Below are positions 1-12,082 of a DNA stretch of 64,000 bases, in pieces (within the stretch, counting starts at the first letter, position 1; the number at the start of each line of letters is the position of its first letter). The notes beneath the pieces are model-generated. The model did not search any database. It was given only the letters and a program-made list of their open reading frames with translations, and was not told the origin of the DNA. This stretch comes from Marsupella aquatica (taxonomy: Eukaryota > Plantae > Marchantiophyta): NCBI GenBank assembly GCA_973895155.1, contig OZ316893.1, positions 15,840,645 through 15,904,644 of the forward strand, given 5' to 3'. Position numbers and translations under genes: made by a program.

Positions 1-880
1 CAATGTAGAAGAAGGATTCTTCTCGTGTTGTTTTTGGATTTTTTCTATTGCTATTTTCTCAACACTTCTAGACCACACCTTTCGACATGGATGGTTGTGC
101 ACCCCCATATGGATTGCAAGACGTGACATGTGCTTTATAGTGTTAGCCTCTATCAAAACTTGCAGGTACATATAAAATATTTTTGCTGGACACGATTCAA
201 CACAAAATGGAACTTGAAGACAATAACGACAAACAATTCCACCAGCATCGATCAACCTCCTGGGACAATGTTGACCAGCAAGCTTGGGGATCCCATCCCA
301 TGCTGTACAATTTCTGCCTTGAGTCCTAGTGTAAAACTCACATGCTCTATTTTGACATTTGAGAGAACCACTGCAGCTGACTTTCCCGAACTCCCACATC
401 TTCGAGAGGACATTAGCTGAAGTAGGGAAAATTTGAGTCCATGGATAGCAGCCCTTGGATCGATCCATGTTTTGCAGATGATCCCCTTTGGAGCTGACAC
501 CTTCAACTCGCGGAAGCTCAAATATGACATTCCCATTGTATCCTGCAGGTAACCATTCAACCTGCTCATGCCTGAATGACTTGGACCTAACAAAGTGGGA
601 TAACTCACTTTGTCCAATTGATTTCAATAAGGCATCAAGTGCACTTCTTCTGTACACAACCGGGATAGGGTGAGTTAGAGGATGCACATCATCAGACCTC
701 TCCAACACAGTCACTACTGGTGGTATCTGTGGCCACAACAAAGTGGACTAACGCTCTCCTTTTTTATCTCACTCGCCTTCAACATGGGCAGGGATTCACT
801 CTCAGAGAGTTCGGCATCAGACGTCAGGTCAATCACCTTGTGAGATAATTGAGGCTTCTCCACCTTCACATGAATGAGAT
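1..880 (-). pseudogene. MULE-family transposase paralogue A, N-terminal GCM-like zinc DNA-binding region; runs off the window edge
   Basis: A manually translated minus frame (not in the ORF track) is open from about 745 to 1: HEQVEWLPAGYNGNVIFELP...NMDRSKGCYPWTQIFPTSAN...CSGSLKCQNRAC...CRYCLQVPFCVESCP...MSRLAIHMGVHNHP. It is colinear with the transposase at 51031-51927. There is a stop or frameshift near 750 and the start is uncertain. Confidence 0.75.
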
Positions 881-2546
881 ATTTACAAAAGGCAGTAAAT
901 AGCAAACATCGAACTATATGTTCAGGACTGGTAACAGCAAAATTTCCTGTTATGGGTGCACATTTCTCCTGGTATTGTGGCAAAATTTCCAAAAACCGTT
1001 CCCAAAATACTGATACTTCTGCGATGCCGAATACTAGCGCTGGACGGTTATAGGCAAAACAAACACAAACGCATCATGCCAAATACTAGCGCCGGGCGTT
1101 CAAACCCTAAATAATGAAACATCAATCGCCCAAACATGCCGAATACTAGGGTTGGGCGCTGCTTTGTGAAGCAAATCACGAGAACGTAGGAGTGATGTTC
1201 AGGCTAAGATCCAACTAGAAACCAAACATTTCCAACAGTCTAAGTTCAATATCAAAGTACAAAAGCAGGACTTAACCAAGGTATCTGAGTCAGAACTTGA
1301 AACGGGAAATTGAAAGAAAAGAAACCCGATATTTTTTCTTCAAATCAAACATATTGTCCTCGATGTACAAATATTGCTACAGGGAAACTCTAAAGTTTCA
1401 GACAGAATAGAGAGCATAACAAGAGAATTCCTTGTAACCATAAAATTGTAACTAGCGCCAGGCGCTAATACTCCTGGTGGGTGCTTCCTCGTACCATGTC
1501 CTAGCTCGAAGAGTGACAATCATTGTCAATCCCAGCGTCCTGACAATCTGGATCTTGGCGGAAACCATGTAATCAGAAGTTGACATATGCTCTCGTGGGC
1601 CGTCAATGCACTGGTCTCCGAAAACCGACTTCTAGGAGATTTGTATCTTGAAAGTTGTCACGTCGTCAGCCTAGGCCTTAACTCGGGCTTCGGCTTAGAC
1701 AGGCACATCCGTTGTCAATATGAGGGTTCGGGCAGGGAGGGAGGCACGGAATGCACCTAAATCACATAAACTAGCGCTAAGTGCACCTATTGTCATATAC
1801 AGACACCTCTTAGGTATGGTTTGTGTTCCGCCGCCGGAACATACCTCAGTCGATAGCAGGATCAACCCCGACTTACGGGCTTCTAAGCCTTTGTGTTGTC
1901 CGCCTTTGATCCGGATTCGATGGTATGGGTACTAAACCCGGGCTCGCAACCACTTACCCGCAAGCTGCACCCCATGCATGACTTGGGTAGTGCGTTTGGC
2001 CAAGCGTTGGCACCTATACACGAGATTCACACATATACATACGCACAAGCATACAATCTCGATTTACACGAAGGAAATAGTGGGAAAGGATTTTACTACA
2101 TAGGAGACATATGCATACACTTAGTTGACCCGAAAGCCCTGGAACGAACAGGTCCGAGGCCAAGGGTGTACACTACAACGGAGCCCGGCTCCGCACTTGC
2201 CCAGCGAGCTTAGTCCTACACCCTCCCCTTGGTACTCTTTCACTCCCAGAGGTCGGGACTCCCCGCACATACCGCGGATGTCCAACATTGAGACTAAAAA
2301 CCCCTGCCTCTATCGAGGGGTGCACTAAATACTAAGGGCCGAGGAACGGAGTGCCCTCGTGCCCGAAGATTTGCTAACTAAGGTCCTAACTAAGCTGGCT
2401 GTCAGGCCGGAAAATGGCTTGTCTTATTAGAAGATCCTAATCTACGCAGGTTGTACAGCATGGCAGTGCTGCTTTAACTAGGGCAGGTGCTTGTCCCTAT
2501 AGCCTAATTTAGCTATTCCTAACTCTACTCTAATCCTACTCCGCCG

Positions 2547-5030
2547 CTAATGCCTGGCATGCTTGCCAGAGCCGCTTGAGTGGGAGCGGCTATCCCGCTG
2601 CCTTCTGAGCCTGTCGGCGTCCTGCTTGAGTAGCTGGACCTGGTCCAGCAGAGATTCGTTTTCCCGCTTCGCCGCGTCTGCCTCTTCCGCGGCCTCCTGG
2701 CATGCCTCCTCTAGTTGCTGGGTGTCGCTCGTCAGCTTGTCCACCAACTGGGCCTACTTTGTGACTTCTCCTTGAAGCCACGCCACCTCTGCCTTCAGGG
2801 TGTCAATCTCGGCTGTATCCCGTTGAGACCTGGAGTCAGCTTCCTCCAGATCTTTTTGCCAACTGACGGCTTGCCCCTACAAACCATCAATCTTGGTTCG
2901 GAGCTGCGTGATCTTGGTGTCCTTTCCAAGCCCGACCTGTATTGCTAACGCGGCTTGGGCTCTAGCCTCGGCGACCTGGTCCTCCGTGGCCGTTACCTGA
3001 GGCCGTAGTTGCTGGAGTTCAGCCTCCAAGGTTGCCACTTTGTCCTTTAGGTAGGCAGACTCAACCCGATATCGCTCTATTCTCTGCGCGGTCTCTACCT
3101 GCGCATGTCCTGCCCTTACTACCGCAACCAACTCCTTGTTGAAGAAGTAGGCCACCCTCCGGGCCATGTATTCCCCGGTGTCCCGAGAGATCTGTTGCGA
3201 GAAATCTCCCAACAACCCGTTCAAAAATGTGCCTGGCGCAAAGAGTTCCGGATGGTCTAGACTGTGTCCTTCTGGATTCGGGCACGGGCAGACTCCAACC
3301 CGTGCGGGAGTAGGAGTGGACACATCCAACCCTTGAGGTAAGTCGGTCAAAGGAGCTGGTCCCACTGGAGGTGGATGGTTCTCCTGCACAACCACGGGGG
3401 GTGGAGGAATCTCCCTGGCTACCATGGCATCTGCTTTGGGTACGGCTTCACCCGACCTGGCTTCGATGGCATTGTCCCGATTGATTGCGTCTAAGGTCGC
3501 AATAACATCAATGGGTATGCTTGGCGGGGCGGCAGCGGCGGGTTGCAGGGCCAGGGTAGCAGGACTTGCAGCTGCCAGACTTTGGGCCTTGGGCTGCAGT
3601 CACCTTACCTGGGCTGGGAACACCCATTTTGGCGGGGTCAGCTTGGGCTCGTTGAGACGCGGGAGGCTCGGGCGGTCAAAACGAGCATACCACTTGAGGA
3701 TGATTTTGACGTGGCTAGCGAAGTACGCCCTTCCGCCAAGGTACAAAGTCTTCCTTCTCCGCTCCATCTCCTCGTGGAACTTCTTGACGAAGAAGGACGC
3801 CCACTTCCTGGGCCGATAGTTCTCCACCTGGATGACCTGAGCGGCCGATATTTCTCCTCTGGGTTCCATCATGTGGAGGGCATACCGCTGGAACTCTAGG
3901 CGTTCTGCTACCTTCGGGATGAGGCACATCCTCATTAAGAACCCATTGTCCACTACCCCCTCGGCCGGGAAGCTAGATGACTGGTATTTAGCTCCCTTGC
4001 CCCCAGGAGCCCGCGACTCTACCCGGTTTATCCCCTCGGGTAAGCCAAAAATCATCTTCAGACGTGCCTCATCGAGACACATCACTCTCCCGTGCGCTCG
4101 GGTTTGTTGGCAGGCCTCGTCGAAGTTCTCAATGAACTCCGTCATATCCTGCCCGTAATACCTGCTTCCGTTCCAAGGGAGAGAGGCGAGGTGCTCAAAC
4201 CCCTGGGTCTTCAGATAGCATGCATGCTTGGGGTGGAAAATGTTCTTGTGAACGTTGTCCCCCATGCGATGCATGGTCAGCTTGGCTACCGTGGCCAAAG
4301 GCAACCCGGATACGGCTGCGGGCTCCTTCCTCTTCCTACCCCAAGACTGATTACCGGGGTGACTAGAAGAAGGGGACATCTCTCCTTCCTCTCGGTCAGG
4401 TGGTGGTAGCGCGACTGCCGTGAGTATTGGTGCCGGGGCCGCTAGCGTTACCGTGTTATCCCCTCGGGCTTGCTGGAGTGGTGCTGGGTTGTTCGTACCC
4501 CGTGGTTGTCGATTCAGAGGAGGGTGAGCCTCCTCATCTTTGGAGCTAATATTTACCGCATTCACCACAGATCATACTCGGAGAGGTGGTGGAACCGGTG
4601 GCGGGGACCGGCTTGGCTGAGGCCGAGGAGGTGTAGGTGCGGGTACGAGCACGGGTTGGCCGGCACTGGTCGTTGATGGTAAAGTTGCCATGAAGTTCTA
4701 CAGGTGCCGGTGGAGGTTTTTTGATGCAAGTGAAGATGGTCCTGTCGACCAGGTAGTGTTGAACTTGCCGTTGATGATAGCCCGGACCCGAGCGGGGATG
4801 TGGTCGAAGTGGTGCCGCTGCAAGTCAATCATGTCCGGAATATTGAAGACCTCGTCTGGAAGCCGAAGCAATGCCTCCCAGAATCCGATGTATTTGCCTC
4901 CGTCGAAGAAGTACCCTGATACCTCTTCGGGTCTGTAAAGCTCGCTCTGGGATGGGTACTCAAAGTTAAGGAGATAGTGGTGACGGCCTGCTAGGCGGAT
5001 GGCTCTCTCGTATTTGCATTCGATCTCATA
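2547..5030 (-). pseudogene. PMD (plant mobile domain)-like plus coiled-coil protein, about 830 codons, broken by TGA/TAG stops
   Basis: ORFs 3600-4568, 2877-3425 and 2547-2747 plus upstream sequence are in one frame, separated by single stops. The core GFEHLASLPW..TEFIENFDE..TRAHGRVMCLDEARLKMIFGLPEG is homologous to 49361-50410. The C-terminus is heptad-rich. Confidence 0.6.
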
Positions 5031-5625
5031 TCAGCGCGGGTTGGCATGTTTCAATGAGTCGGCCAAGTGCCCTCCGATAGAGAGGAACTGAGTCCAGAAT
5101 CGTATGGCCGAACTGGAAAGGATTGTGTGCGACATTCAGAGGAGATAGCAAGTGACTAAGGAAAAGCGAGAGAGCTGGGATCGAAGCCGGCGCATGGACT
5201 GGAGAGCTGGCGTACTGCAAAGGATCGGCCCCCCTTTTATACCCTGAGAGCTTGTCAATCGCCCGATGCCTCCTCGTCGCTTATAGGCCGAGCCTTTCAC
5301 GCTCGCAGTGTACCGGCCCCTTTGCCAGTCCAGGTCAGCTCGTGTCAGTGGCCGCCTCCCGGAGTTTGTTATACGGACCCGAGGGAGGGGGAAAAGGGCC
5401 CATTACACACTCGCAACCCAGGTGTGCGAATGGCGACACGCCGCCAGCCCGATCATGAATTCTCCTTATTGACTAATGATTTCCTACTCATAATGGCTAC
5501 CTAAATACTGTCGTTATGCTAATAATAACGGCCTAAGATACCCCTAATGCGTGTGCTAAGCATGGTTAGACCGAATTACTCATTACCCGTCATACCGACG
5601 GCGTCACAAAAGTCGACGCGCCCGT

Positions 5626-7089
5626 AGTGGTGGACCTTGCCACCCAGCGCCCTCACCAATCCCAGCACTCATGCCTAAGTGCCCCTGGTGCCCGAACGCC
5701 TCCATGGAATACCTCGAGCAAGCACCCTAGTACCTCTTGCACCACCAGCGGCCCCATACAAAGCCGCCTTGCTCACCCACATGACCGCTACTCAACGGCC
5801 TCCTTGTCTGCACAAGCAACCAAGCACCTTGGTAAGTAACCCTCCAGGATCTAGAACTTGCCAAGTCTAGCATCCTAACTCAAGCTCAATAGACGTTGGT
5901 AAATAGGTCAGTGATAGGTCCTCCCGATGCCATAAGCCGTAACCAAAACCCACGCCCACTGTCTGTCCAAAACAACTCCTTCCTTGGGCACGGCCCGGGT
6001 TCCCCCTCGTACCTATCCATCACCAACTGACCTCCCTTACCTCAGGACATGCTCATGGCCCAAATAGCGTAGCTTGTACTAAAGCTTGTCCCAAACTTGT
6101 CCCAACACGCCGGGACCAACTCCCGGTTCGCTCCACTGATGGTCTAGGGGCCAGACACTCTTGGGACTCAACCTCCACACCTACTTGGCCTTGCCTCCCC
6201 AGCGCAAGCTCCCTTGGGAGACTGAACGCGACTTGGCTGCCGTTCGGCAGGATTTGGCAAGCGGGCCAGTTAACACCCGCAAACCCCGAGAATCCAAGGT
6301 ACCCCCAGACCCAGCTGAGCTCAGGAGAGCGTAGCCCTTCTTGAGAGCTTTCCAACGCATCCAAGAAGTCTTCCAACGGACTTCCCGTTAGGAAGATATC
6401 GCCATTTCCGTTTGGCGGTTTCCCTTAGTGTCGCGACCGCCACGGCGCACGACTTCGGCTCGCCTTGGCCCCCAAGGAGACACCACTCCCCTCATGTATG
6501 CTTCTGGAGACCTGCCACCCCCGGACCAGCTTTGGTACCTAAACATTTGACCCCCAACCCAGATCCTATTGCGCATAATGGGCACGCCACCAACTGACAA
6601 CGCCCATAACTTTCTCGTTAGGCATCCGCAAGCGGAGTGCCTTAGCCCGTTATGATCGGGCCGACCCAGTGCTCATGCCTAGGCCCTCAGGTCTCATCGC
6701 CGCTCAGGGCCCCCGACCGGCCCAACCCGGATCAGGCCGTAACTTGCGCCCCAAGCGTCCGTTGCCCCTGGTGTCAACTCCATTGGCCTTGGGCCCAAGA
6801 GGAGCTCACACTCAAGCCCTTAGAACTCAAAGTCCCTCCGGAGGTCCGGACGGCCATCCTTGAGTCTGGCCCATTTCCCCTTGACCCGACTAGCTATCAG
6901 CTAGTCCAAGTCCTTAGTGTGTATCCCCAGCTTGGCTCCTTGCCTCGCTAGTGCCACGTCTCATTGCCCACAAGTCTCCCCATGCTAAGTCCTCCCCGGA
7001 TGGCCTATCCGGGCCTGGAACATAAGGGAGCTCGGCGTCGGAGTCAGCAACGCCGGAGCTAAGTGTTAAGGTAGTCAAGTTCCACGACT
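5626..7089 (-). mobile_element. Solo LTR (1464 bp) of the chromovirus family at 12970-46143
   Basis: It is the reverse complement of the LTRs at 12970 and 44651. Termini are AGT...ACT and the 5-bp TSD CCCGT lies at 5621-5625 and 7090-7094. Confidence 0.95.
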
Positions 7090-7261
7090 CCCGTACATCT
7101 CCTGAAGTCGACCATGGAGAGGCGGTGGCACTTGCATGGGTTTGGGCAGGTGAACAGAAAACCTCTCCATAAACGGTGGCGATGGAACATCACGCTGCCA
7201 AGGTATGTTCCTCTCCCCGGGACTGATACCTTCATCCGGCGGAAGATGGAGGCGATTGACA

Positions 7262-7503
7262 AAGTCTGTGGTTTCTATCTCAACAGATTCAGTCCTTGTC
7301 TAGAAAGAAGTAAAGTGAGTCAAAATGGGAACAACGGGATCTCCTTCAATAACCCTATCTGCGCCAATCTCCATTCCCATATCTCTAACAATACCAGAAT
7401 TATTAAGATCCGTATGCGGCCCTACATTGGAACTTTGAAAATGGCCTTCCATGGAATCGAGAAGGGAAAAATGAGAGCACTGGACTTTGAAAGAAACAAC
7501 CAT
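7262..7503 (-). pseudogene. Decayed unknown ORF of the MULE region; continues at 1651 to about 1468 once the insertion is removed
   Basis: ORF 7300-7503 reads through a TAG and across the insertion junction in frame, with further TGA/TAG stops. No domain was recognised. Confidence 0.35.
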
Positions 7504-7972
7504 TGTGCGGAACTGAAATGTTTTGATATCCTTGAGATAACAGTATGTTTATAAGGCACTTGGATTTCCCGTTATTGGTCCTCTTGTCGGTACCAGTCGC
7601 CGACTGAAAGCCAAATGACCATTGGGCAAAAGCGACAAAATTAAAATGGAAACTTCCAACGTATTTTTATGAGGGGGTACATTTTTGGGGAGCGTCGGGC
7701 GCTAGTTAAACAAAGGAGAGGAACCCACACAAAGGACGTTACGAAAGACCCCATTACCAGGTTTGACAAACCCATTACCAATTGAATGGAAGTGACAATC
7801 TCCCTCAAACTCAATTCCAATTTAATAAATTCAATAGCGTCAGGCGCTAACAAAAACCAAGGGCATACGCGTACAGTTGAGAGGCAGTTTGACCTAATAG
7901 AGGAAAAAATTGCTACCCTTCAGTGTCAGATTTTGAGCTATCATTCTGGGAGCTATGAGATCTGTCGGTCGA

Positions 7973-10900
7973 TTATGCCTCATCATCAATATACTTGCTT
8001 CTAGAAACATCATCTACGTAGGGGTTCCTTGTGAACTTCCTGTCTACTCCCCTAAGAAGCCTAAGTCCTTTTGTTTCCCAGCAAAGTGTCCTAAATTTCT
8101 CTGCCTTCCTTGCGATATGCTCAGCGTATGATGGCAACACAAACGGCTTCTTGAGAGTGATGATTACATTTCAAGCCACTTTCCTCCGGAGTTGAAACCA
8201 TTTTCTTTGGTTCCATTCTGACCTACTCAAAAGAGAAACGGGAGATAAAGAGGAAGTAAGTACTTAGCCGATAGAACCGATGGAATTAAAGGTTAACCAA
8301 CAATTGAAAGGATTAAGGAGCTTAAGAGAGATGAAAATTACTTGGAAGACTCTTCACTATCCTCCGTTGACCCCTCATGTCGACTTTCCTCTTTCCCACC
8401 GTCATTGACATCCTCAGGAACATCATCTTCTAGCGTACCATCATCTTTGTCCGAATCAAAGTTGAGGACAGATCTAAGTCTATCTTTCTTTTTTGGTCCA
8501 GTTATTTGAGGAGGGGGAGGTTGTGTCTCCAAAGGTTTAGGAGAAATGAGGTCCAAAAAAATCCTCAAAGCGGTCTCAACAAACTCCCGACAATTTTCTA
8601 ACCCGATGACAAAATGGCCTGAGTAATCCCCAACAATGAACGTACTACTTGAGCCGATAGTCCAATCAATTACAATATCCTTAGGTATCATAAAGAGTTC
8701 AAGGATAGTTTGCATAAAACCAACCGGTAGTCGGGCATTCCCAGTAAAATGTAGTTCAGGACAATAATCTTCCTTCAAAGCTTGTAGCTCAATAAGGTTT
8801 GAGATTGAAGGATCTTTGACGCTAGACAACGGCTTGAACCTTGGATCCTTTGGGACCTTTCCTTTCAAAGAAACTCGACAAAATATATTCAGTCTAAGAG
8901 TGAAGACCTGCAAAAGTTGACAAACCAACTGGATTTTAAAAATCTCTTAGTCATCAGAGAAGAACTCCAAAAGAAAAAATAGCGTCGGGCGCTAGTATAG
9001 CTAGACTCAGAGAAAACATTTACCTGGACGTCTGTCTTGGATCTATACATTGGGACAGACATGAAAACATTGTGCGTATTGATGCACATGAACTTCTTGG
9101 ATTGCTGACATGCAGAAATGACCTGGGAAATCTAATCGTGGTCTCCGAGTATAAGATAGCAAGCATGCCATCATTCAAAAGGAAAGGATCCATCGCTCGG
9201 AAAAATGATTTGGCTGCTGTGTGATCTGTTACATTCTATTTCGGGACCCGACGATCAACAATTGTGGGTTTCAATCTAGTTGGGAGATAGATGAAGCCCG
9301 CATTCACCCCAAATGATTGTTCCTTCCCACCTCTAATGACTCCTTTATCTCTACACCCCGACTTGATCAAATCCTTACCCCACTTCTCAGCATCTGCAAC
9401 CCAATCTGGCTTCTCTTCCTTACTAAATGCACTATCTATGAATTCTGCCAAGCTTGATTCGACCATACAGTGTCTTTCGACTTTGCTCTTGAAATTCCCC
9501 ACATCCCATTGCAGACCAGCCCCAGAAGCATTATCTCGTGACGATTCCCAGGCATCGATGGTCCTTTTCTTCTTCTTCTTTGTGCTTGTGGCATCCACAG
9601 GAACTATAACCTTCCCCTTCTCAACTAGGGTGATGGGGTCTGGATTGGCACCAGTGTTGGCCTCAGAGATTTCTGGTGTTGCATCTATTTTTGTATCATC
9701 CGTGGCACCATCAGATTTTCACCCACCTACCAAAGCACATTGTCAAACACATAAAGAGTGTTAGCGCCAGGCGCTGGCCAAACACCCACATTAATATCAG
9801 AAAATAAAACATATTAAACTCATGACACATAATAGCGCCAGGCGCTACCAAAGAAGGAAGTCGGAAGAAGGAGGTGTAGCATACATTTTTTCCCAGTCTT
9901 GGCACTAGCACTTGCTACAGGGGCATCCGCCTTGGCTTTGGATCTTGGCTTTTAGCTTCAATCAACATGAACCATAGTGGTTTTGCATTTTTTTTGCAAC
10001 TCAGTTGTCGACGCGTTGACGTCTCCCTCAATTCCTTGCTTCATATCGGAGACAAATTTCAGAGGAACTTGGGATTTTGACAGTTTATGGAAAGCGTCCT
10101 TCTCAATGTCATCAAATGGAGAATCCCATCTGTTGGTGTCAAGATACTAGGGGCAATGAATTCTCTCCCACTTTGACAATTTCCTTGGCGGAAGGATTCC
10201 CTCAGCGGGATACATGGAATACAGTTTGGCCAAAAGGTCTCCATCTGTGCAGATGACCCAATTCTGGAAAGCAGCTGGGTAAGCCCAAAAATAATCAAGC
10301 TTCACAATCTCCATGTGCATGAAGAAACGATAGACATATCGTTTCGCTCGCTTTTGATTCTTGAGTGTGTCGTCTTCCTTGTTCGGGTACTTGGACATCC
10401 ACATGGTATTGAAAAACTTACCTTTCACTGCATCCCCAAATTTCTTGAAATCGTTACACACTATTTCAACGAGTGAGTCATAAGACTCACACTTCCATTC
10501 CTCCAATCGTTGGAAGGAATTATTTCACTGATCTGTTGGAGGGCAGTCTGTAGCATACCAATGGCAATTCCCTCCACGCTATTCCAAGTTTGCCATGTGT
10601 GGCACCACTGCTTCACAGGGTCATTGCTAATGCTTTGCTTTGTGGATGAAAGAACTGTTTCCTGAGCTCTGGCGTGCAATGCGCTACTAACAAAGTGCTT
10701 CTCAATTTGGGGTCGAGGGCGGAGACTGCAATGAATAACCTGGCACGATCCATGGTACAGACAACCGCATCCGGTTTCTTCTCATGTTTGTTCACCTCTG
10801 TCATCGGGTACATCTCAGCGCAAGTTGTCATGATCAGAAGTCTTCAAACTCTAGACTCAACAAGGGAGATCTTTGAGACCTTGATCGCCCAATCCTTCAT

Positions 10901-12082
10901 TGCTTCTTTCATCATGACCGCACGTCATTTGGACGTCTCTTCTTGAGACCAAGGATTTCCCTGAGCGGTAGCCAACTCCAGGTCCATCTTGAATTGACGA
11001 GAATAGGATTTAATCTTATTCTCGCATAAGATATACAAAAGTGCTTCTTGAGGCATTTTCTTAGTATACCACGATCCCTTTTGAGTCTTCTGCATCACTT
11101 GCACAAACTTCTTGAAGTTTGCCCCATCAATGATTGGATTATAGTATTCTAGATCGTTGGACAAAATCCTTTTAATTCTGTCAGCATCAAGTATCCAGGA
11201 AGGTTCCACCACGGCCTGTCCAAGTCGATAGAAGAATTTATCAGTCAATAGTGCCAGGCGCTAGTAAAAAAGCATACTATGAACGAAAGACATTGAAATT
11301 CGAAGAGAGACTTACTGGTTCACAGTATGCATAGCCGCCTCAATCTCAATCAAAGATTCCTTTTCACCCTTGAAAATAGTACATTGCACACGCAGGTGAT
11401 ACTTGATATCATCGGGATTTTCTTTCGTAATGATCTACCATGCGTAAAGTTGATGGTTACCATCAAAAACATAAAACATCTTATCCTGTAAGACCCTGAA
11501 GTCTAGATCGGCCGCACATTCAGTTTTAAACTTCTCATTCTCTGCCATCCGTGACATCCGGTCCCAGGTTGCTCATATTTCCGGAGTACATGTCTGGACA
11601 TTCCCATTCGAATCTGCCGGCTGGACATAAAAAAGCATTCCAATTTTTGAGTTATATCCTGTGCTCCGAAAAGAGTCCTTCAACTTTTCAATTGAAGGAC
11701 TTCCCTTTTGTAAGGTGCGGAAAACTTCCATGTGAACCAAGCAACACATTGGAATCCTTGGCGGGTCTTTGTCGTGCCCTCGGAAATCCTTGCCAAACAA
11801 CATAACGTGTTTGGAGATAACGTCGGACATTGTGAGCGACATTTCTCCTCGATCTTCCATAGCATATGTGTCGAGATCGTCCATCTTCGCTCTCCTACTC
11901 TTTGGAAATGTGACAACCGCGATTGTTTCAGGAGCTTGGGATGCTGTAAACCGTGTCACATGATGACTGTAAACAGATCCAGAAAACAAGCACTCGGACG
12001 TTTGGGAATGGATCTGCTCTCTCTGCCCGTTAGCACTATACCATGGATGCGAGGTGGTGGGGAGAGGGTCCATGTTTTGCAT
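7973..12082 (-). pseudogene. Multi-exon ParB/Srx-like N-terminal domain fused to a beta-class-like amino (N4C/N6A) DNA methyltransferase domain
   Basis: The N-terminus reads IPMCCLVHMEVFRTL..IEKLKDSFRSTGY..FYV..KMFYVFDGNHQLYAW (11438-11479; the ParB GNHR motif with CGA>CAA). The C-terminus reads RLPVGFMQTILELFMIPKDIVIDWTIGSSSTFIVGDYSGHFVIGLENCREF (about 8580-8735), resembling KP..L...I......GD.VLDPF.GSGTT......GR..IG.E. A degenerate motif-IV-like GFIYLPTRL..VPK(W)N followed by PFLLNDGMLAILY lies near 9150-9300. Candidate GT-AG introns are 11315-11216, about 9023-8908 and about 8341-8223. There are several stops and frameshifts. Confidence 0.7.

Larger units (their letters stand above)
1656..7261 (-). 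mobile_element. About 4.1-kb TGTCA...TGACA element (solo-LTR-like) with a 4-bp TSD, carrying one long ORF; interrupted by a Gypsy solo LTR
   Basis: Junctions are AAGT|TGTCACG at 1652-1662 and ATTGACA|AAGT at 7255-7265. Removing the element restores a continuous minus frame (..EIETTDF/QDTNLLEVGF..). A minus-strand TATA (GGGTATAAAAGGGG) lies near 5231-5244. Confidence 0.7.

Noticed and set aside
252-617. 121-aa minus ORF in the track
   Set aside because: Wrong frame; the overlapping frame is the one homologous to the MULE transposase.
5627-7050. Many short ORFs within the Gypsy LTRs (also 12997-14475 and 44626-46154)
   Set aside because: This is GC-rich LTR sequence; the frames are not consistently conserved across the three copies and show no domains.
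7973-12082. Bacterial or phage contamination as the source of the ParB-MTase
   Set aside because: The gene has GT-AG introns and is embedded among plant TEs with TSD-verified junctions.
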